DNA from: Acidimicrobiia bacterium
Lineage (GTDB): Bacteria; Actinomycetota; Acidimicrobiia; Spongiisociales; ZC4RG35
Reading direction: 5' to 3'
NCBI GenBank assembly: GCA_013812505.1
Contig: JACCTH010000034.1
Coordinates: 1,399 to 65,398, forward strand
DNA: 64,000 bases
A program made the translations under genes and the position numbers. Numbering within the stretch: the stretch's first letter is position 1; each line of letters starts with the position of its first letter. This document shows, piece after piece, positions 27,367 to 37,853 of the stretch. Below the pieces are notes generated by a model. The model was given only the letters and a program-made list of their open reading frames with translations, did no database searches and was not told where the DNA came from.

Positions 27367-28389
27367 ATGGCCCAGAACCGGCTCCGACGCCTTTTCCTGC
27401 TAGCCACTCTCGCTTTGGTGGTGGCGGGATGTTCGGTGATTGGAATCCCGGATTCGCCGCTCAACTCGCTCGATCCCCAGGGTCCGTTCTCGCGGCGGAT
27501 CGACGCGCTGTTCTGGCCCGTCTTTTGGGTCGCCACTGCCATCTTCGTGTTGGTGGAAGGGGCGGTCGTTATCGCCGCAATCGTCTTCCGCGACCGGCCC
27601 GGTCGGCCCGAGCCCCGGCAGATCCACGGCAACAACAAGCTCGAGATCTTGTGGACCGTCATCCCCGCCCTCATCCTCGCTTCGGTTGCGGTGCCCACCG
27701 TGAGAGGTGTGATCGAACTCACGAGCTGCGGGGTCGATGCCTATCCGGTCGAGATCATCGGCCATCAATGGTGGTTCGAGTATCGATACCCGGAGGAGGG
27801 AATCGACACCGCAACGGTGTTGGTCATCCCTGCCGGTCGCGAGGTCTGTGCGACGATGACCTCCGAGGACGTCCTTCATAACTATTGGATCCCCCAACTC
27901 AACGGCAAGAGGTACTTGGTCCCTGGCCAAGAAACGCTCCTCCGCCTGCAAGCCGACGAGCCCGGGGAATACCGAGGTCAATGCGCGGAGTTCTGCGGCC
28001 TGTCCCATTCGCTCATGCGCGCAGAGGTGCGAGCCGTGACCGAGGAGGAATTCACGGCTTGGATCGCGGCTCAAAAAGAGCCGGCCGCCGAGCCGGCCGC
28101 GGGAACTCCGGAGGCGGCCGGCCGAGACGTGTTCCTCAACCGCTGCACCCAATGCCACACGATCGATCCCGTCAACGTCGTGGTCGAGGAGGCGTTCAAC
28201 GGACCCAACCTCACTCATTTCATGGATCGCGGCTGGATTGCCGGGGGCTACCTTCCCTACTCGCGTGAGAACCTGGCAAGGTGGCTTTCCAATCCACCTG
28301 ACACGAAGCCCGGGAGCTACATGCCCGATCTGGCGCTGACGCAAGTGGAGATTGACGCTTTGACTGCTTATCTGGAGACACTGCGATGA
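27367..28389 (+). CDS. ctaC: cytochrome c oxidase subunit II with fused C-terminal cytochrome c domain (caa3-type)
   Basis: It has a lipoprotein-type signal (LVVAGC). The CuA site is H...CAEFCGLSHSLM and the heme c motif is CTQCH. Confidence 0.9.
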   Translation: MAQNRLRRLFLLATLALVVAGCSVIGIPDSPLNSLDPQGPFSRRIDALFWPVFWVATAIFVLVEGAVVIAAIVFRDRPGRPEPRQIHGNNKLEILWTVIPALILASVAVPTVRGVIELTSCGVDAYPVEIIGHQWWFEYRYPEEGIDTATVLVIPAGREVCATMTSEDVLHNYWIPQLNGKRYLVPGQETLLRLQADEPGEYRGQCAEFCGLSHSLMRAEVRAVTEEEFTAWIAAQKEPAAEPAAGTPEAAGRDVFLNRCTQCHTIDPVNVVVEEAFNGPNLTHFMDRGWIAGGYLPYSRENLARWLSNPPDTKPGSYMPDLALTQVEIDALTAYLETLR

Positions 28390-30365
28390 CGACCACCACC
28401 GCCCGCACGACGACGATCTTCCGGCGCCCGCGATCGGAAACCGGGTTCTGGTCGTGGATCACCACCGTCGATCACAAGAAGATCGGGATCATGTACGGCT
28501 ACACCGCCTTCATCTTCTTTGTAATTGGCGGAGTGGAGGCGCTCCTGCTGCGCATTCACCTCGCCTCGGCGGAGAGCACCTTCCTCACCGCGGCCGACTA
28601 CAACGGGCTCTTCACCACCCACGCGGTCACGATGATCTTTCTCGTGGTCATGCCGATGTCGGCCGCCTTCATGAACTACCTGTTGCCGCTGATGATCGGT
28701 GCTCGCGACGTTGCATTCCCCCGACTCAATGCCCTTTCCTACTGGGTCTTCCTCTTTGGCGGCATCTTTCTCTACTCGGGCCTTATCTTCTCGTCGGTGG
28801 TGCCTCCCCTCGGCGTAACCCCCGGGGTCACCGGCAACCTCGATCCCAGCGACGCCCGCAGCTTTTTCGGCTTGCCCGACGGGGGTTGGTTCATGTACCA
28901 ACCCAACGCCGGGCCCGCCTTCTCCCCCGGCCGCGCCCTCGACTTCGCGGTTCTCGGCCTGCAGATCCTGGGGATTGCCTCGCTGCTCTCCTCGGTCAAC
29001 TTCATCGTCACGTTCTTCAATTTGAGGGCGAAAGGGATGCGTCTGCTGCGGGTCCCGGTCTTCATCTGGATGACACTCGTGGTGGCGTTCTTGCTCCTGT
29101 TCTCATTGCCGATCATCGCCATCGCCCTTTTCATGGTCATCTTCGATCGCCAGTTCGGGACCTTGTTTTTCGACGCCACTGCGGGCGGCGACCCGATTCT
29201 CTGGCAGCACCTCTTCTGGCTGTTCGGCCATCCAGAGGTTTACATCCTGATCCTGCCGGCGATGGGGATCGTCTCTGAGATCATCCCGGTCTTCAGCCGC
29301 AAACCTCTCTTTGGCTACGCCGCCGTGGTGTTTGCCGGTGCCGGGATCGCCTTTCTCGGGTTCGGGGTCTGGGCCCACCACATGTTTGCCTCGGGCATCT
29401 CAACCGTCGCTCAGGTGGGCTTCGGTCTCACCACGGTCGCAATTGCCATTCCCACCGGAGTCAAGATTTTCAACTGGATGGCGACCCTCTGGCTCGGGAG
29501 GATTCGCTTGGCGACGCCCATGTTGTTCGCCCTGGGCTTTTTGACCATGTTCACCATCGGTGGTCTCTCCGGAGTCACCCACGCCGTGGTCCCCTCCGAT
29601 TGGCAGCAACACGACACCTACTACATCGTGGCTCATTTTCACTATGTGTTGTTCGGGGGCTCCATCCTCGGAATCTTCGGTGGCCTCTACTACTGGTTCC
29701 CAAAGTTCAGTGGGCGGATGCTCGACGAAAGGCTCGGCAAGATTCACTTCTGGCTTTGGATGCTCGGGTTCAACATGACCTTCGCTCCCATGCACTGGCT
29801 CGGTCTGCAAGGCATGATCCGCCGCACCTGGCGCTACGACCCGAGCCTCGAGTTCTGGAACCGGATCGTGTCGGTGGGAGCGTTCATTATCGCTCTCGGC
29901 CTCCTGGTCTTCATGTGGAACTTCTACCGTTCAAAGCGACGGGGGCCGCTGGCGGGCATGGACCCCTGGGACGCCCGAACCCTCGAGTGGTCCATCCCCA
30001 ACCCGACGCCGGTATTCAACTTTGCCGAAGTCCCGGTTGTCCACGGTCTCGACGAGTTCTGGCACCAGAAGTACGGCGAGGACAAGGACGGACGGCCGGT
30101 GCGAAAGGATGATGCCGATTCCACCCTGACCAGATTGCAGGAGATCGGCACCAACCCCCCTAACCCGGTACATCTGCCGAGTCCGAGCTACTTCCCGATC
30201 CTCATGGCAGCCGGTCTTCCATTGATCGCCTACGGGATCATCTTCCATCTGTCTTTGTTTGGGAAAGCTTTGATCGTCGTCGGAGCGTTGCTGTCGCTGG
30301 CCGCCTTGATTGGCTGGGGGTCGGAACCGCTCGAGGAAGCTCACATGGAACCGGCGCACGCGTGA
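28386..30365 (+). CDS. ctaD: cytochrome c oxidase subunit I (with about 90 aa two-helix C-terminal extension)
   Basis: This is a 12-TM heme-copper oxidase core with the GHPEVYILILP and HHMF motifs. The start overlaps the ctaC stop. Confidence 0.9.
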   Translation: MTTTTARTTTIFRRPRSETGFWSWITTVDHKKIGIMYGYTAFIFFVIGGVEALLLRIHLASAESTFLTAADYNGLFTTHAVTMIFLVVMPMSAAFMNYLLPLMIGARDVAFPRLNALSYWVFLFGGIFLYSGLIFSSVVPPLGVTPGVTGNLDPSDARSFFGLPDGGWFMYQPNAGPAFSPGRALDFAVLGLQILGIASLLSSVNFIVTFFNLRAKGMRLLRVPVFIWMTLVVAFLLLFSLPIIAIALFMVIFDRQFGTLFFDATAGGDPILWQHLFWLFGHPEVYILILPAMGIVSEIIPVFSRKPLFGYAAVVFAGAGIAFLGFGVWAHHMFASGISTVAQVGFGLTTVAIAIPTGVKIFNWMATLWLGRIRLATPMLFALGFLTMFTIGGLSGVTHAVVPSDWQQHDTYYIVAHFHYVLFGGSILGIFGGLYYWFPKFSGRMLDERLGKIHFWLWMLGFNMTFAPMHWLGLQGMIRRTWRYDPSLEFWNRIVSVGAFIIALGLLVFMWNFYRSKRRGPLAGMDPWDARTLEWSIPNPTPVFNFAEVPVVHGLDEFWHQKYGEDKDGRPVRKDDADSTLTRLQEIGTNPPNPVHLPSPSYFPILMAAGLPLIAYGIIFHLSLFGKALIVVGALLSLAALIGWGSEPLEEAHMEPAHA

Positions 30366-30994
30366 CCGCAGCGTCCCACGAGGTCTCAGAGCACCACGAC
30401 GAACACGAGTCGACCGGGGTTGAGAATCGCAAGCTGGCGATGTGGGCATTTCTCAGCTCCGAGTTTCTCTTCTTCGGCGCCCTCATCACCAACTATTTGC
30501 TCTACTCGAGCCGGACCTTTGAACAGGGCCCGACCCCGGCCGAGATCTACGACATCCCCTTCACCTCGGTCAGCTCGTTTGTCCTGTTGATGAGCTCGCT
30601 GACCATGGTCCTCGCTCACAACGCCTTGTCGCGCGGTGACCAGGGGGCAACGCGCACGTGGCTCCTTGCCACCGCCATGCTCGGTTCGGTGTTTCTCGCC
30701 GGACAGGTCTTCGAGTTCACCGAGTTCATCACTGTCCAAGGCATGACGATGCAGACCAATCCGGCGGCTTCGGCGTTCTTCGTCCTCACTGGCTTCCACG
30801 GGACTCACGTCGCCATCGGGGTGATCATGTTGCTCTCACTCTTCGGGCTTTCTAAGCGCATGGGCGGCCTCACCGACAAGCGGTTCCTCAACCTCGAGCT
30901 GGTTGGCCTCTATTGGCACTTCGTCGACATCATCTGGATCGTCATCTTCACCGTCGTATATCTCCTGACGGCGGTGCCGGGAGCGGGCGGATGA
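30362..30994 (+). CDS. ctaE: cytochrome c oxidase subunit III
   Basis: This is a 5-TM subunit III-like protein with a His-rich N-terminus. It is in operon order after ctaD. Confidence 0.85.
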   Translation: MTAASHEVSEHHDEHESTGVENRKLAMWAFLSSEFLFFGALITNYLLYSSRTFEQGPTPAEIYDIPFTSVSSFVLLMSSLTMVLAHNALSRGDQGATRTWLLATAMLGSVFLAGQVFEFTEFITVQGMTMQTNPAASAFFVLTGFHGTHVAIGVIMLLSLFGLSKRMGGLTDKRFLNLELVGLYWHFVDIIWIVIFTVVYLLTAVPGAGG

Positions 30995-31302
30995 CCGACG
31001 AGCACCATCTCTCCCATCCCAGCCCGGCCCAATACGTAAAGATTGCGGTCGGCCTCGCGGTGCTGACCGCCATCGAAGTAGCCCTTTTTTACATCAACAA
31101 CGCGCTCGGTCTGGGCTGGATCAACACCGCCGCGCTGCTGACCCTCGCCTTTTTCAAGTTCTTCGTCGTCGTCGGCTGGTACATGCACATCCGCTATGAA
31201 AAGGCGGCCGTCAGCAGGTTTTTCATCTTCGGTTTCGTCCTGGCCTTCTCCCTGTACGGCGTCGTTCTGATCGGGCTCGGAGTGCTCGCCGCCACCCGGT
31301 GA
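30991..31302 (+). CDS. ctaF: cytochrome c oxidase subunit IV (Bacillus CtaF-type)
   Basis: The roughly 100 aa three-helix protein reads MTDEHHLSHPSPAQYVKIAVGLAVLTAIEVALFY.... It has an ATGA overlap with the ctaE stop. Confidence 0.7.
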   Translation: MTDEHHLSHPSPAQYVKIAVGLAVLTAIEVALFYINNALGLGWINTAALLTLAFFKFFVVVGWYMHIRYEKAAVSRFFIFGFVLAFSLYGVVLIGLGVLAATR

Positions 31303-32117
31303 TGGCAAACCTCCCCCCGTTTCACCTGCATTGGGACGTGTTGGTGATCCTGGGGACGATCGGCTTGGCCTACTGGTGGCTGCAGGCACGCATTCGACCA
31401 CGGTTGCAACCAACTCCGCCGGCGCCGACCGTACGGCAATGGGCCGTGTTCTACTGCGGGCTTTCACTCTTGTTGTTGACTTCTATGTGGCCGCTCCATG
31501 ACCTGGCCGAGCAGAGCCTCTACTCGGTCCACATGGTCAACCACATGGTCCTGACCCTGTTTGCGCCACCCCTCCTCATACTCGGGTTCAACCGGTCAAT
31601 GGCGGACTTCCTCCTTGGCCGCCCGCGGATCCTGACCTGGCTCCGGCCCCTTGCTCAACCCGTCGTGGCCTTCGCCATCTTCAATTTCGGGCTCATCGCA
31701 ACGCACTGGCCCGAAGCTGTGGCTTTGTCGCTTCGCAACGAGGTGGCGCATTTCGGAATCCACTCGTTCCTGTTTCTCTCCGGTCTGCTCATGTGGATGC
31801 CGGTGACGTCGCCGGCCTCGGTGCTTCCCCGGATCGCCCCCCCGATGCAGTTGCTCTACCTGTTTCTGAATTCGATCTTGCCGATCGTCCCAGCCGGCTT
31901 TCTCACCTTCAGCGAGATCCCGCTTTACCCCGCCTATGGCGATGCCTCGTTGGCGTTTGGACTCGAGCCCGTCGCCGATCAAACCATTGCCGGGCTGATC
32001 ATGAAGATCGGCGGAACAATGCTCTTCTGGGTGGTGATGGCCTTCATCTGGTTCAAGTGGGCTTCCGAGGAAAAGCGGTGGGACCGAATCGAGGAGGAGT
32101 TGCGGGCCTCGCTGTGA
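31299..32117 (+). CDS. ctaG: cytochrome c oxidase assembly factor CtaG (caa3-type, Bacillus CtaG family)
   Basis: It is a polytopic membrane protein. His-containing segments (LHDLAEQSLYSVHMVNHMVLTLFAPPLL, HWPEAVALSLRNEVAHFGIH) are typical of the CtaG_Cox15-like assembly factor family. It is translationally coupled to ctaF. Confidence 0.7.
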   Translation: MMANLPPFHLHWDVLVILGTIGLAYWWLQARIRPRLQPTPPAPTVRQWAVFYCGLSLLLLTSMWPLHDLAEQSLYSVHMVNHMVLTLFAPPLLILGFNRSMADFLLGRPRILTWLRPLAQPVVAFAIFNFGLIATHWPEAVALSLRNEVAHFGIHSFLFLSGLLMWMPVTSPASVLPRIAPPMQLLYLFLNSILPIVPAGFLTFSEIPLYPAYGDASLAFGLEPVADQTIAGLIMKIGGTMLFWVVMAFIWFKWASEEKRWDRIEEELRASL

Positions 32118-32128
32118 GGAACCAACCG

Positions 32129-32410
32129 ATGAGACCGGCATTCGTCGCTCTCATCCTGGTGGCTGCCTGTGCACAGGACAGCGGGACGGTCATGGGAGTC
32201 GTCACTGCAGTCGATGGCGACCTGACCTCCGTCCGTTCCTTCACGCTCCTTGTTGAAGGTGACTCGATCACGTTCACCCCGGCCGAAGACGGCGATTTCC
32301 AGTATCCGCTAACGCACCTCCGCGACCATCTTCGCGACGGAACCCCGGTCCGGGTGAGCTGGGAACGGGAAGAAGATCTCTATCTGGCGATCGCCGTTGG
32401 AGACCCTTAG
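32129..32410 (+). CDS. small lipoprotein (93 aa)
   Basis: An RBS gagga lies 8 nt upstream. The N-terminus is MRPAFVALILVAAC|AQD. There is no family assignment. Confidence 0.55.
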   Translation: MRPAFVALILVAACAQDSGTVMGVVTAVDGDLTSVRSFTLLVEGDSITFTPAEDGDFQYPLTHLRDHLRDGTPVRVSWEREEDLYLAIAVGDP

Positions 32411-33756
32411 CTCGACGCGGTCGTGGTCACCACAACCGTGGTGGTAGCGCCGGGGGTGGTGGCGCCAGATGTGGTAACTCCGGTAGTGGTCGTAGCGCCG
32501 GCTTCGGCGACTTCCTCTTCTTCGTGGACTGGGCTGCGGGCCAAGAGGACAGCCATCGCGATGACAAGAACGACGGCAATTCCCGAGAGCGTCGCCAGAA
32601 ACTCGCCCCGGCTGATCTTCATGCCGGGCTTCGACGCCGACAGCGAGGCGACGGCGAGGATGCTGGCCGAAGCAATAATCGCCAGGATTGGCGCCCCCGC
32701 TCGCGAAAGGTGACTGCTCCGGATAAGCACGATCGCCAATGGCAACACCAGCACCGCCAACGCGACGACCCCGGCCAGCGGGACCGCGATCGCGCCAGTC
32801 AGGCGGCGCTGAACAGTCGCTACCTCTTCCGCCTCATGGTCGCCGACTCCGGCGGGGATACCGACCGCCTGCACCAGCGCGGCGGTGAGCCATCCCATCA
32901 ATGCTCCGCCCAGGAGGACGACGATGATCGTGGCAACCACCGGAAGCTGGATCAGGTTCTCGACTCCTTCGACCTCCTCGCCGAACGCGGCCAGCACGGC
33001 TCCGGCTCCAAAGCCAAGCACGAGACCGAGCAGGGCCCCCACGGCGGTGGTCAGGCCAACCCTCCCGACCAGGGCATTGCCAGGCGACACCCAGCCGGCA
33101 ACCGTGCGCGAGAGCGCCGCCACTACGGCGCCAAAAATCAACGAGAACAACGCCGTCACCAGAGTCAGCCGCCCCCGGTCGACGATCACCGCCGGGCTGA
33201 AGTCTCCTTCGGCGCCCAGGATCGAGGCATTGGGGAGCAGCCAAGGGGAGGCGGCCATGAGGCCCAGGATGCCGAGGATCGAGCCGGTGACCATTCCGAC
33301 CCGTCCCGCCAGTCGCACTCGCTGGCCCAGCGGTTCTGCCTCGGGTAGCTCCGGTTCCTCTTCTTCGATCACCGCCACGGCCGGCAGAATCGGCGCGGCA
33401 GGAACTACAACCGCCGCCGCGATGGTGGGTGCGGCGGGTGCTTCGGTGACCGGAGGAGTCGAAGCCGGTGCGCTTTCTGTCGCGGCGGGCTCGGCGGTGG
33501 CGGTGGGTGCCGAACTGCCACCAGCCCAGGCGGCGAGGATGTCGTCGACGCTGATTCCGCTCGCCTTCGCCCTGGCTTCGGCTGATCTCCTAACGATCGC
33601 TTCCGGGGCTCCCAGAGCCGACGCGGCGGCAGCGAGATCGGTCAAGTGAAACACCTCATGCGGCCCGGAGGATAAACCTGGCTCCCTACGATCGCTCCCC
33701 ATGACAGAGCCATTCGACATGGGCATGGTGCAGCGAGGCGCCCGCAATCGGCGCAC
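32407..33756 (-). CDS. hypothetical polytopic membrane protein with Ala/Pro-rich and Thr-rich low-complexity regions (start uncertain)
   Basis: This is a long ORF with multiple hydrophobic helices. The annotated start overlaps the divergent gcvT-like gene, so the true start is probably internal. Confidence 0.45.
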   Translation of the reverse strand: MRRLRAPRCTMPMSNGSVMGSDRREPGLSSGPHEVFHLTDLAAAASALGAPEAIVRRSAEARAKASGISVDDILAAWAGGSSAPTATAEPAATESAPASTPPVTEAPAAPTIAAAVVVPAAPILPAVAVIEEEEPELPEAEPLGQRVRLAGRVGMVTGSILGILGLMAASPWLLPNASILGAEGDFSPAVIVDRGRLTLVTALFSLIFGAVVAALSRTVAGWVSPGNALVGRVGLTTAVGALLGLVLGFGAGAVLAAFGEEVEGVENLIQLPVVATIIVVLLGGALMGWLTAALVQAVGIPAGVGDHEAEEVATVQRRLTGAIAVPLAGVVALAVLVLPLAIVLIRSSHLSRAGAPILAIIASASILAVASLSASKPGMKISRGEFLATLSGIAVVLVIAMAVLLARSPVHEEEEVAEAGATTTTGVTTSGATTPGATTTVVVTTTASS

Positions 33757-34858
33757 ACCTTTCTACGAGGCAACTCAGAAGTATGGACCCAAGGGGTTCA
33801 CGGTCTACAACCACATGTACTTTCCGATCCGGTTCGATTCCTTCGAGGAGGAGTTCGAGGCCTTGCTCAACGGCGTCACCTTGTGGGACGTTGCCGTGGA
33901 GCGTTGTCTCGAGATCTCGGGCCCCGACGGATTCCGGTTCGCGCAACTGCTGACGCCTCGCAATCTTTCGAAATGCGCGGTTGGGCAGGCGAAGTACGTG
34001 CTCATTTGCGATTCCGACGGAGGCGTCATCAATGACCCGGTTCTGACCCGGATGGACGAGAACACGTTTTGGTTCGCGCTCGCCTCCTCCGATGCCTTGC
34101 TCTTTGCGCGGGGATTGAAAAACGCCTACCCGGAGCTGGAGGTTTCGATCAGCGAAGCCGACGTCGCTCCCCTGCAAGTGCAGGGTCCCAAGTCGAAGGA
34201 CCTCATGACCGAACTAGTTGGTGACGAGGTCGCGGAGCTCAAGTACTACCACTGGACCCATGCCCAGATTGCAGGCGCCCCCGTCGTGATAACGCGCACC
34301 GGTTGGACCTCGGAAGTGGGATTTGAGGTGTACCTAACCGACACTTCCAAAGGCACTGAGGTCTACGAAGCGATCATGAAGGCCGGTGAGCGTCATGGCC
34401 TGCGACCCACAGGTCCTTCCGACATCCGCCGAATCGAAGGTGCCATCTTCAATTGGGGAGCGGACATGACCTATGAGAACAATGCTTTCGAGTTGGGGCT
34501 CGAGAGGTTGGTCGATCTCGATCTCGCCGACGAGGACTGCATTTCCATCGCTGCCTACCGAACAATCAAGGACCGCGGAGTCGCCCGCAAGATCAGCGGG
34601 GTGGTTATCGATGGCGAGCGCTTTCCGGAGCTCAACAACACCAAATGGCCCGCCTATCTGAACGACCACGAGGTCGGCATGGTGACGTCCGCCATCCATT
34701 CGCCACGGTTGGGTCAGAACATCGGTTATTGCTGGCTACCTGTCGAGCAATCGCAGCTTGGCCAGCAAGTGAAGGTTGCGACGGAATGGGGGCAACGAAA
34801 TGCCAGCGTCACCCCGATGCCGTTCGTCGACCCCGAAAAGCGAATTCCGGTTTCCTGA
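33701..34858 (+). CDS. aminomethyltransferase-family protein (glycine cleavage T-protein / DmdA-like)
   Basis: The GcvT fold signature is present throughout (RRTPFYE...WDVAVERCLEISGPD...APLQVQGPKS...TRTGWTSEVGFEVY...). Confidence 0.75.
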   Translation: MTEPFDMGMVQRGARNRRTPFYEATQKYGPKGFTVYNHMYFPIRFDSFEEEFEALLNGVTLWDVAVERCLEISGPDGFRFAQLLTPRNLSKCAVGQAKYVLICDSDGGVINDPVLTRMDENTFWFALASSDALLFARGLKNAYPELEVSISEADVAPLQVQGPKSKDLMTELVGDEVAELKYYHWTHAQIAGAPVVITRTGWTSEVGFEVYLTDTSKGTEVYEAIMKAGERHGLRPTGPSDIRRIEGAIFNWGADMTYENNAFELGLERLVDLDLADEDCISIAAYRTIKDRGVARKISGVVIDGERFPELNNTKWPAYLNDHEVGMVTSAIHSPRLGQNIGYCWLPVEQSQLGQQVKVATEWGQRNASVTPMPFVDPEKRIPVS

Positions 34859-35029
34859 GACCTCAAACTTCGGATCTGACATCCGAAGCTGCGGGATCGT
34901 CCCCGGAGGCGTCGTTCTCCTCTGCCCGCTTGGCCCGCTTCTCGACCCAGCGGAGGGCGAGGAGGGCCACCACCACCGGGACGACATAGATGCCGATCTC
35001 GTCGATGCCCCCGAGATGGGCAAATAGGT

Positions 35030-37774
35030 TCACCATTCGGAGAGCATCCAGACCTCGGGTTCCCATCCTCCCGGTTCGAGGCCGACCGACGCGAACAAGC
35101 TTGCCGAGGCCGCGAGATGAGTTTGGGCACCCTCCTCGTCACCGGCCTGATGCAAAGTGTCGGCCAGGTTGTTGTGCAATGCCGCCAACTGATGACGGTC
35201 ACCCACTGGTTCCAGGATGGCGAGGGCGCGCCTAGCGTTGCCGATGCTTTCGGGAATCAGGCCAGCTCGGCGCTGGGCAAGGGCGAGGTTGTTCAACGCG
35301 GCGGCGATCAGATCGTTGCGACCGGTCTCCTCGGAAAGCGCACAGGCCGCCTCGACGATTTCGAGCTTCTCCGGTTTGATCATGCCCGCAATCCCGGCGG
35401 CTCGGGCCCGGGCAACTCGATCCTCAGCAGAGCTCGCCAGACCCACTGCCTCAGCAATGAGTCTTTGTGCTCCGGCGCGGTCGCCTCGCCGGTGGGCCGC
35501 CAATGCCCGGTCAGCGGTGATTCGGCTCAAGAGCCCCTCGTCCGGATCGAGAGCCGCTGCCTGTTCCCATGACGCGGCCGCCAGCTCCAACCGTCCGAGC
35601 CGCATGTAGATCTCACCCACGCGATGAGCGATGTCGGCATCCTCGGGAACCGTGTCGTAAGCGGCAAGCGCCGCTCCGTAGTCACCCAATCGCACGCACG
35701 CGAGACCCAGCGACTTCCCGAGCTGTTCGCGCGCCGGATGGCCAAGCTCGAGTGCAGAGGTCAGATGCGACCGCGCCGATTCGTAGGCGTGGACTTCGAT
35801 GGCCGCGAGCCCGGCTTCACCGTGAGCGATAGCCGCTTCTGCCGCCTTTCCGGCCGCTTCGAGGTGAACGGCTCGCATTGAATCGGAAAGGCGCAGTCGG
35901 TCACCCGCTCGACCGTGGAGGATGCGAGTGCGAGCTTTGGAAAGCCGCCGGCAGACTGCCCGTCGAACGGCGTCGTGGCCAAAGGTGATCCCGTCATGCG
36001 ATTCGACGACCAACCGTTGTACCAGCAGCTCCTCTAGCGCCGGGATCATCTCCTCAGCTCCCCTGCCGCTGACCACCCGTGCGTCATCGAGATCGAACTC
36101 GGGACCGATGATCGCCGCGGCCGAAAGGACCTGTAAGGCCTGATCGCTCAGCCGATTAAGCCTCGCCCCAATCAATTCTTCGATCCCAGCCGGGAGCTCA
36201 GCTTGGCTCGAGCCCACCGCCCCGAGATAGGAGAGGAGGAACAGCGGATTGCCGCCGGACCGGTCGACGATCGATTCCAGCTCGCTGGCCGGAATGCCCG
36301 GCTCGGCTCGTAGCGACAGGAGCTCCCACGATTCGTTGTCGGAGAGCGGCGTCATCTGAAAACGCGACCCGGTCCCCGCTCGTTCAAGTTTGTTAACGAG
36401 AGCGGACAGGGGCGCAGCGAGCTCCCCGGTTCGCCAGCTCATGATCACTCGCAACCTGGTGGGACGGCTCAACAGCAGGCCGAGCACCGCGATCGATGAT
36501 TGATCGAGCCACTGCGCGTCCTCGACGACCAAGGTTCCACCAGAAAGCAGGTGGTCAAGGGCCGCAACAACCCCGGAATGGAAGCGGGCGGCGGCTCCCG
36601 GCCCGGAGTCGGCAGGCCGGGGCTCGGCAAAGACTGAACCTCCCAACTCGGGGAGCAGACGCACCGCTTCGGACGCGATGGCCGGCGGATCGCCGGTGTT
36701 GAAACGGGCTGCTTCCCCCAACACCTCGGTAATCGCGAGATAGGCAACTTCTTCGGCTCCTGGCGGCGGCGCACACACTGCGATCGGGCCCGGCAGATCG
36801 ACCAGAAACCGCTCGATTAGATCTGACTTGCCGATGCCCTCCTCCCCTTCGAAAAAGAGGTGGCCTGTGGCGACTGCCATCAATGAGAGCTCTTCCTTGC
36901 GGCCGACCGACGTGCGGTCCGCGGCATCGTCGCGTCGGAGCGGACGTCCGACGGGTGCCAGCTCGACCCGACCCGCCGGTGGCAGCGGCTCGACGCCTTC
37001 GAGAATCTCTTCATAGAGCTCTCGGGTATCGGGGAGCGGCGGCACTCCTAGCTCACGATCCAGCAAAATGGCGCATTCTCGATATTGGCGGAGAGCGCCT
37101 ACGCGGTCGCCTTGCCAGACGAGATATTGCATCAAGCGCCGGTGACCTGCCTCATCCAGGGGGTCGGTGTCCAAGCGCCGTTGGGTGACCTCGGCGGCTT
37201 CCCCAAAGCGGCCCCCGCTCGCCAGCGCCAGCGCCCAGCGATCGACCAAATCGCGCCAGTTCCGGCGATGAAGCTCTGCCTGATTTCGCTGCCAATCTTC
37301 GAACGCGAACGAGTCCCGCAGATAGAAGCCATGCATGAACGGTCCCCGGTAGAGCTTGGCGGCGACCTGCAAAGACTCAACGCACTCTGGGCAAACCTTG
37401 TCGGACCCATGACTGTGATCGATCGCCGACAGTCGACGCGCTTCCTCGATGTCAAGCCAAAGCTCGGAGCGATCGAGAGCAATCCGATCGCGGTTTGCCT
37501 CGATCACCTCATCGTCGCCGGTCACCGCCGAGATCGACGTCCGCAAAGTTGAGAGCGTGCGTCTCAGGGCCGCCCGACCCCGCTCAGCATCGAGCTCGGG
37601 CCAGAGCAGCGAAACCAGCTCGTCCCGGGTTGGTTGATGAGCCTCGACCGCTAGATAGCTGGCCATCGCCACGGCCTTGCGGGTATCGACCTCAAGCGGC
37701 TGGCCATCGACGTGGATTCGAGGCACGCCGAGCAATTCGAACACGAGACGCGGCTTCAATCGGCTCAACTGTAC
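35030..37774 (-). CDS. AfsR/SARP-family regulator (OmpR-type winged helix + BTAD + NB-ARC/STAND ATPase + TPR)
   Basis: The N-terminal wHTH is LVFELLGVPRIHVDGQPLEVD. The BTAD reads ...RQYRECAILLDRELGVPPLPDTRELYEEIL. A Walker A motif GEEGIGKS is present. The C-terminal half is TPR-like and helical. The start is placed at the in-frame GTG (VQLSRLK) so as not to overlap the divergent gene. Confidence 0.75.
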   Translation of the reverse strand, partial: VQLSRLKPRLVFELLGVPRIHVDGQPLEVDTRKAVAMASYLAVEAHQPTRDELVSLLWPELDAERGRAALRRTLSTLRTSISAVTGDDEVIEANRDRIALDRSELWLDIEEARRLSAIDHSHGSDKVCPECVESLQVAAKLYRGPFMHGFYLRDSFAFEDWQRNQAELHRRNWRDLVDRWALALASGGRFGEAAEVTQRRLDTDPLDEAGHRRLMQYLVWQGDRVGALRQYRECAILLDRELGVPPLPDTRELYEEILEGVEPLPPAGRVELAPVGRPLRRDDAADRTSVGRKEELSLMAVATGHLFFEGEEGIGKSDLIERFLVDLPGPIAVCAPPPGAEEVAYLAITEVLGEAARFNTGDPPAIASEAVRLLPELGGSVFAEPRPADSGPGAAARFHSGVVAALDHLLSGGTLVVEDAQWLDQSSIAVLGLLLSRPTRLRVIMSWRTGELAAPLSALVNKLERAGTGSRFQMTPLSDNESWELLSLRAEPGIPASELESIVDRSGGNPLFLLSYLGAVGSSQAELPAGIEELIGARLNRLSDQALQVLSAAAIIGPEFDLDDARVVSGRGAEEMIPALEELLVQRLVVESHDGITFGHDAVRRAVCRRLSKARTRILHGRAGDRLRLSDSMRAVHLEAAGKAAEAAIAHGEAGLAAIEVHAYESARSHLTSALELGHPAREQLGKSLGLACVRLGDYGAALAAYDTVPEDADIAHRVGEIYMRLGRLELAAASWEQAAALDPDEGLLSRITADRALAAHRRGDRAGAQRLIAEAVGLASSAEDRVARARAAGIAGMIKPEKLEIVEAACALSEETGRNDLIAAALNNLALAQRRAGLIPESIGNARRALAILEPVGDRHQLAALHNNLADTLHQAGDEEGAQTHLAASASLFASVGLEPGGWEPEVWMLSEW

Positions 37775-37853
37775 GCGGGACGACCTGGTATCCGTTCCGT
37801 AACGCTTCCGGAACGATGATCGGCCACAATGGGCTCCGATGGCACTCAGACGC

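Noticed and set aside
25332-28344. Minus-strand ORFs 25332..26225, 26484..27722 and 27400..28344 across ctaB and ctaC
   Set aside because: They are antisense to strongly supported membrane-protein genes, and their composition is non-protein-like.
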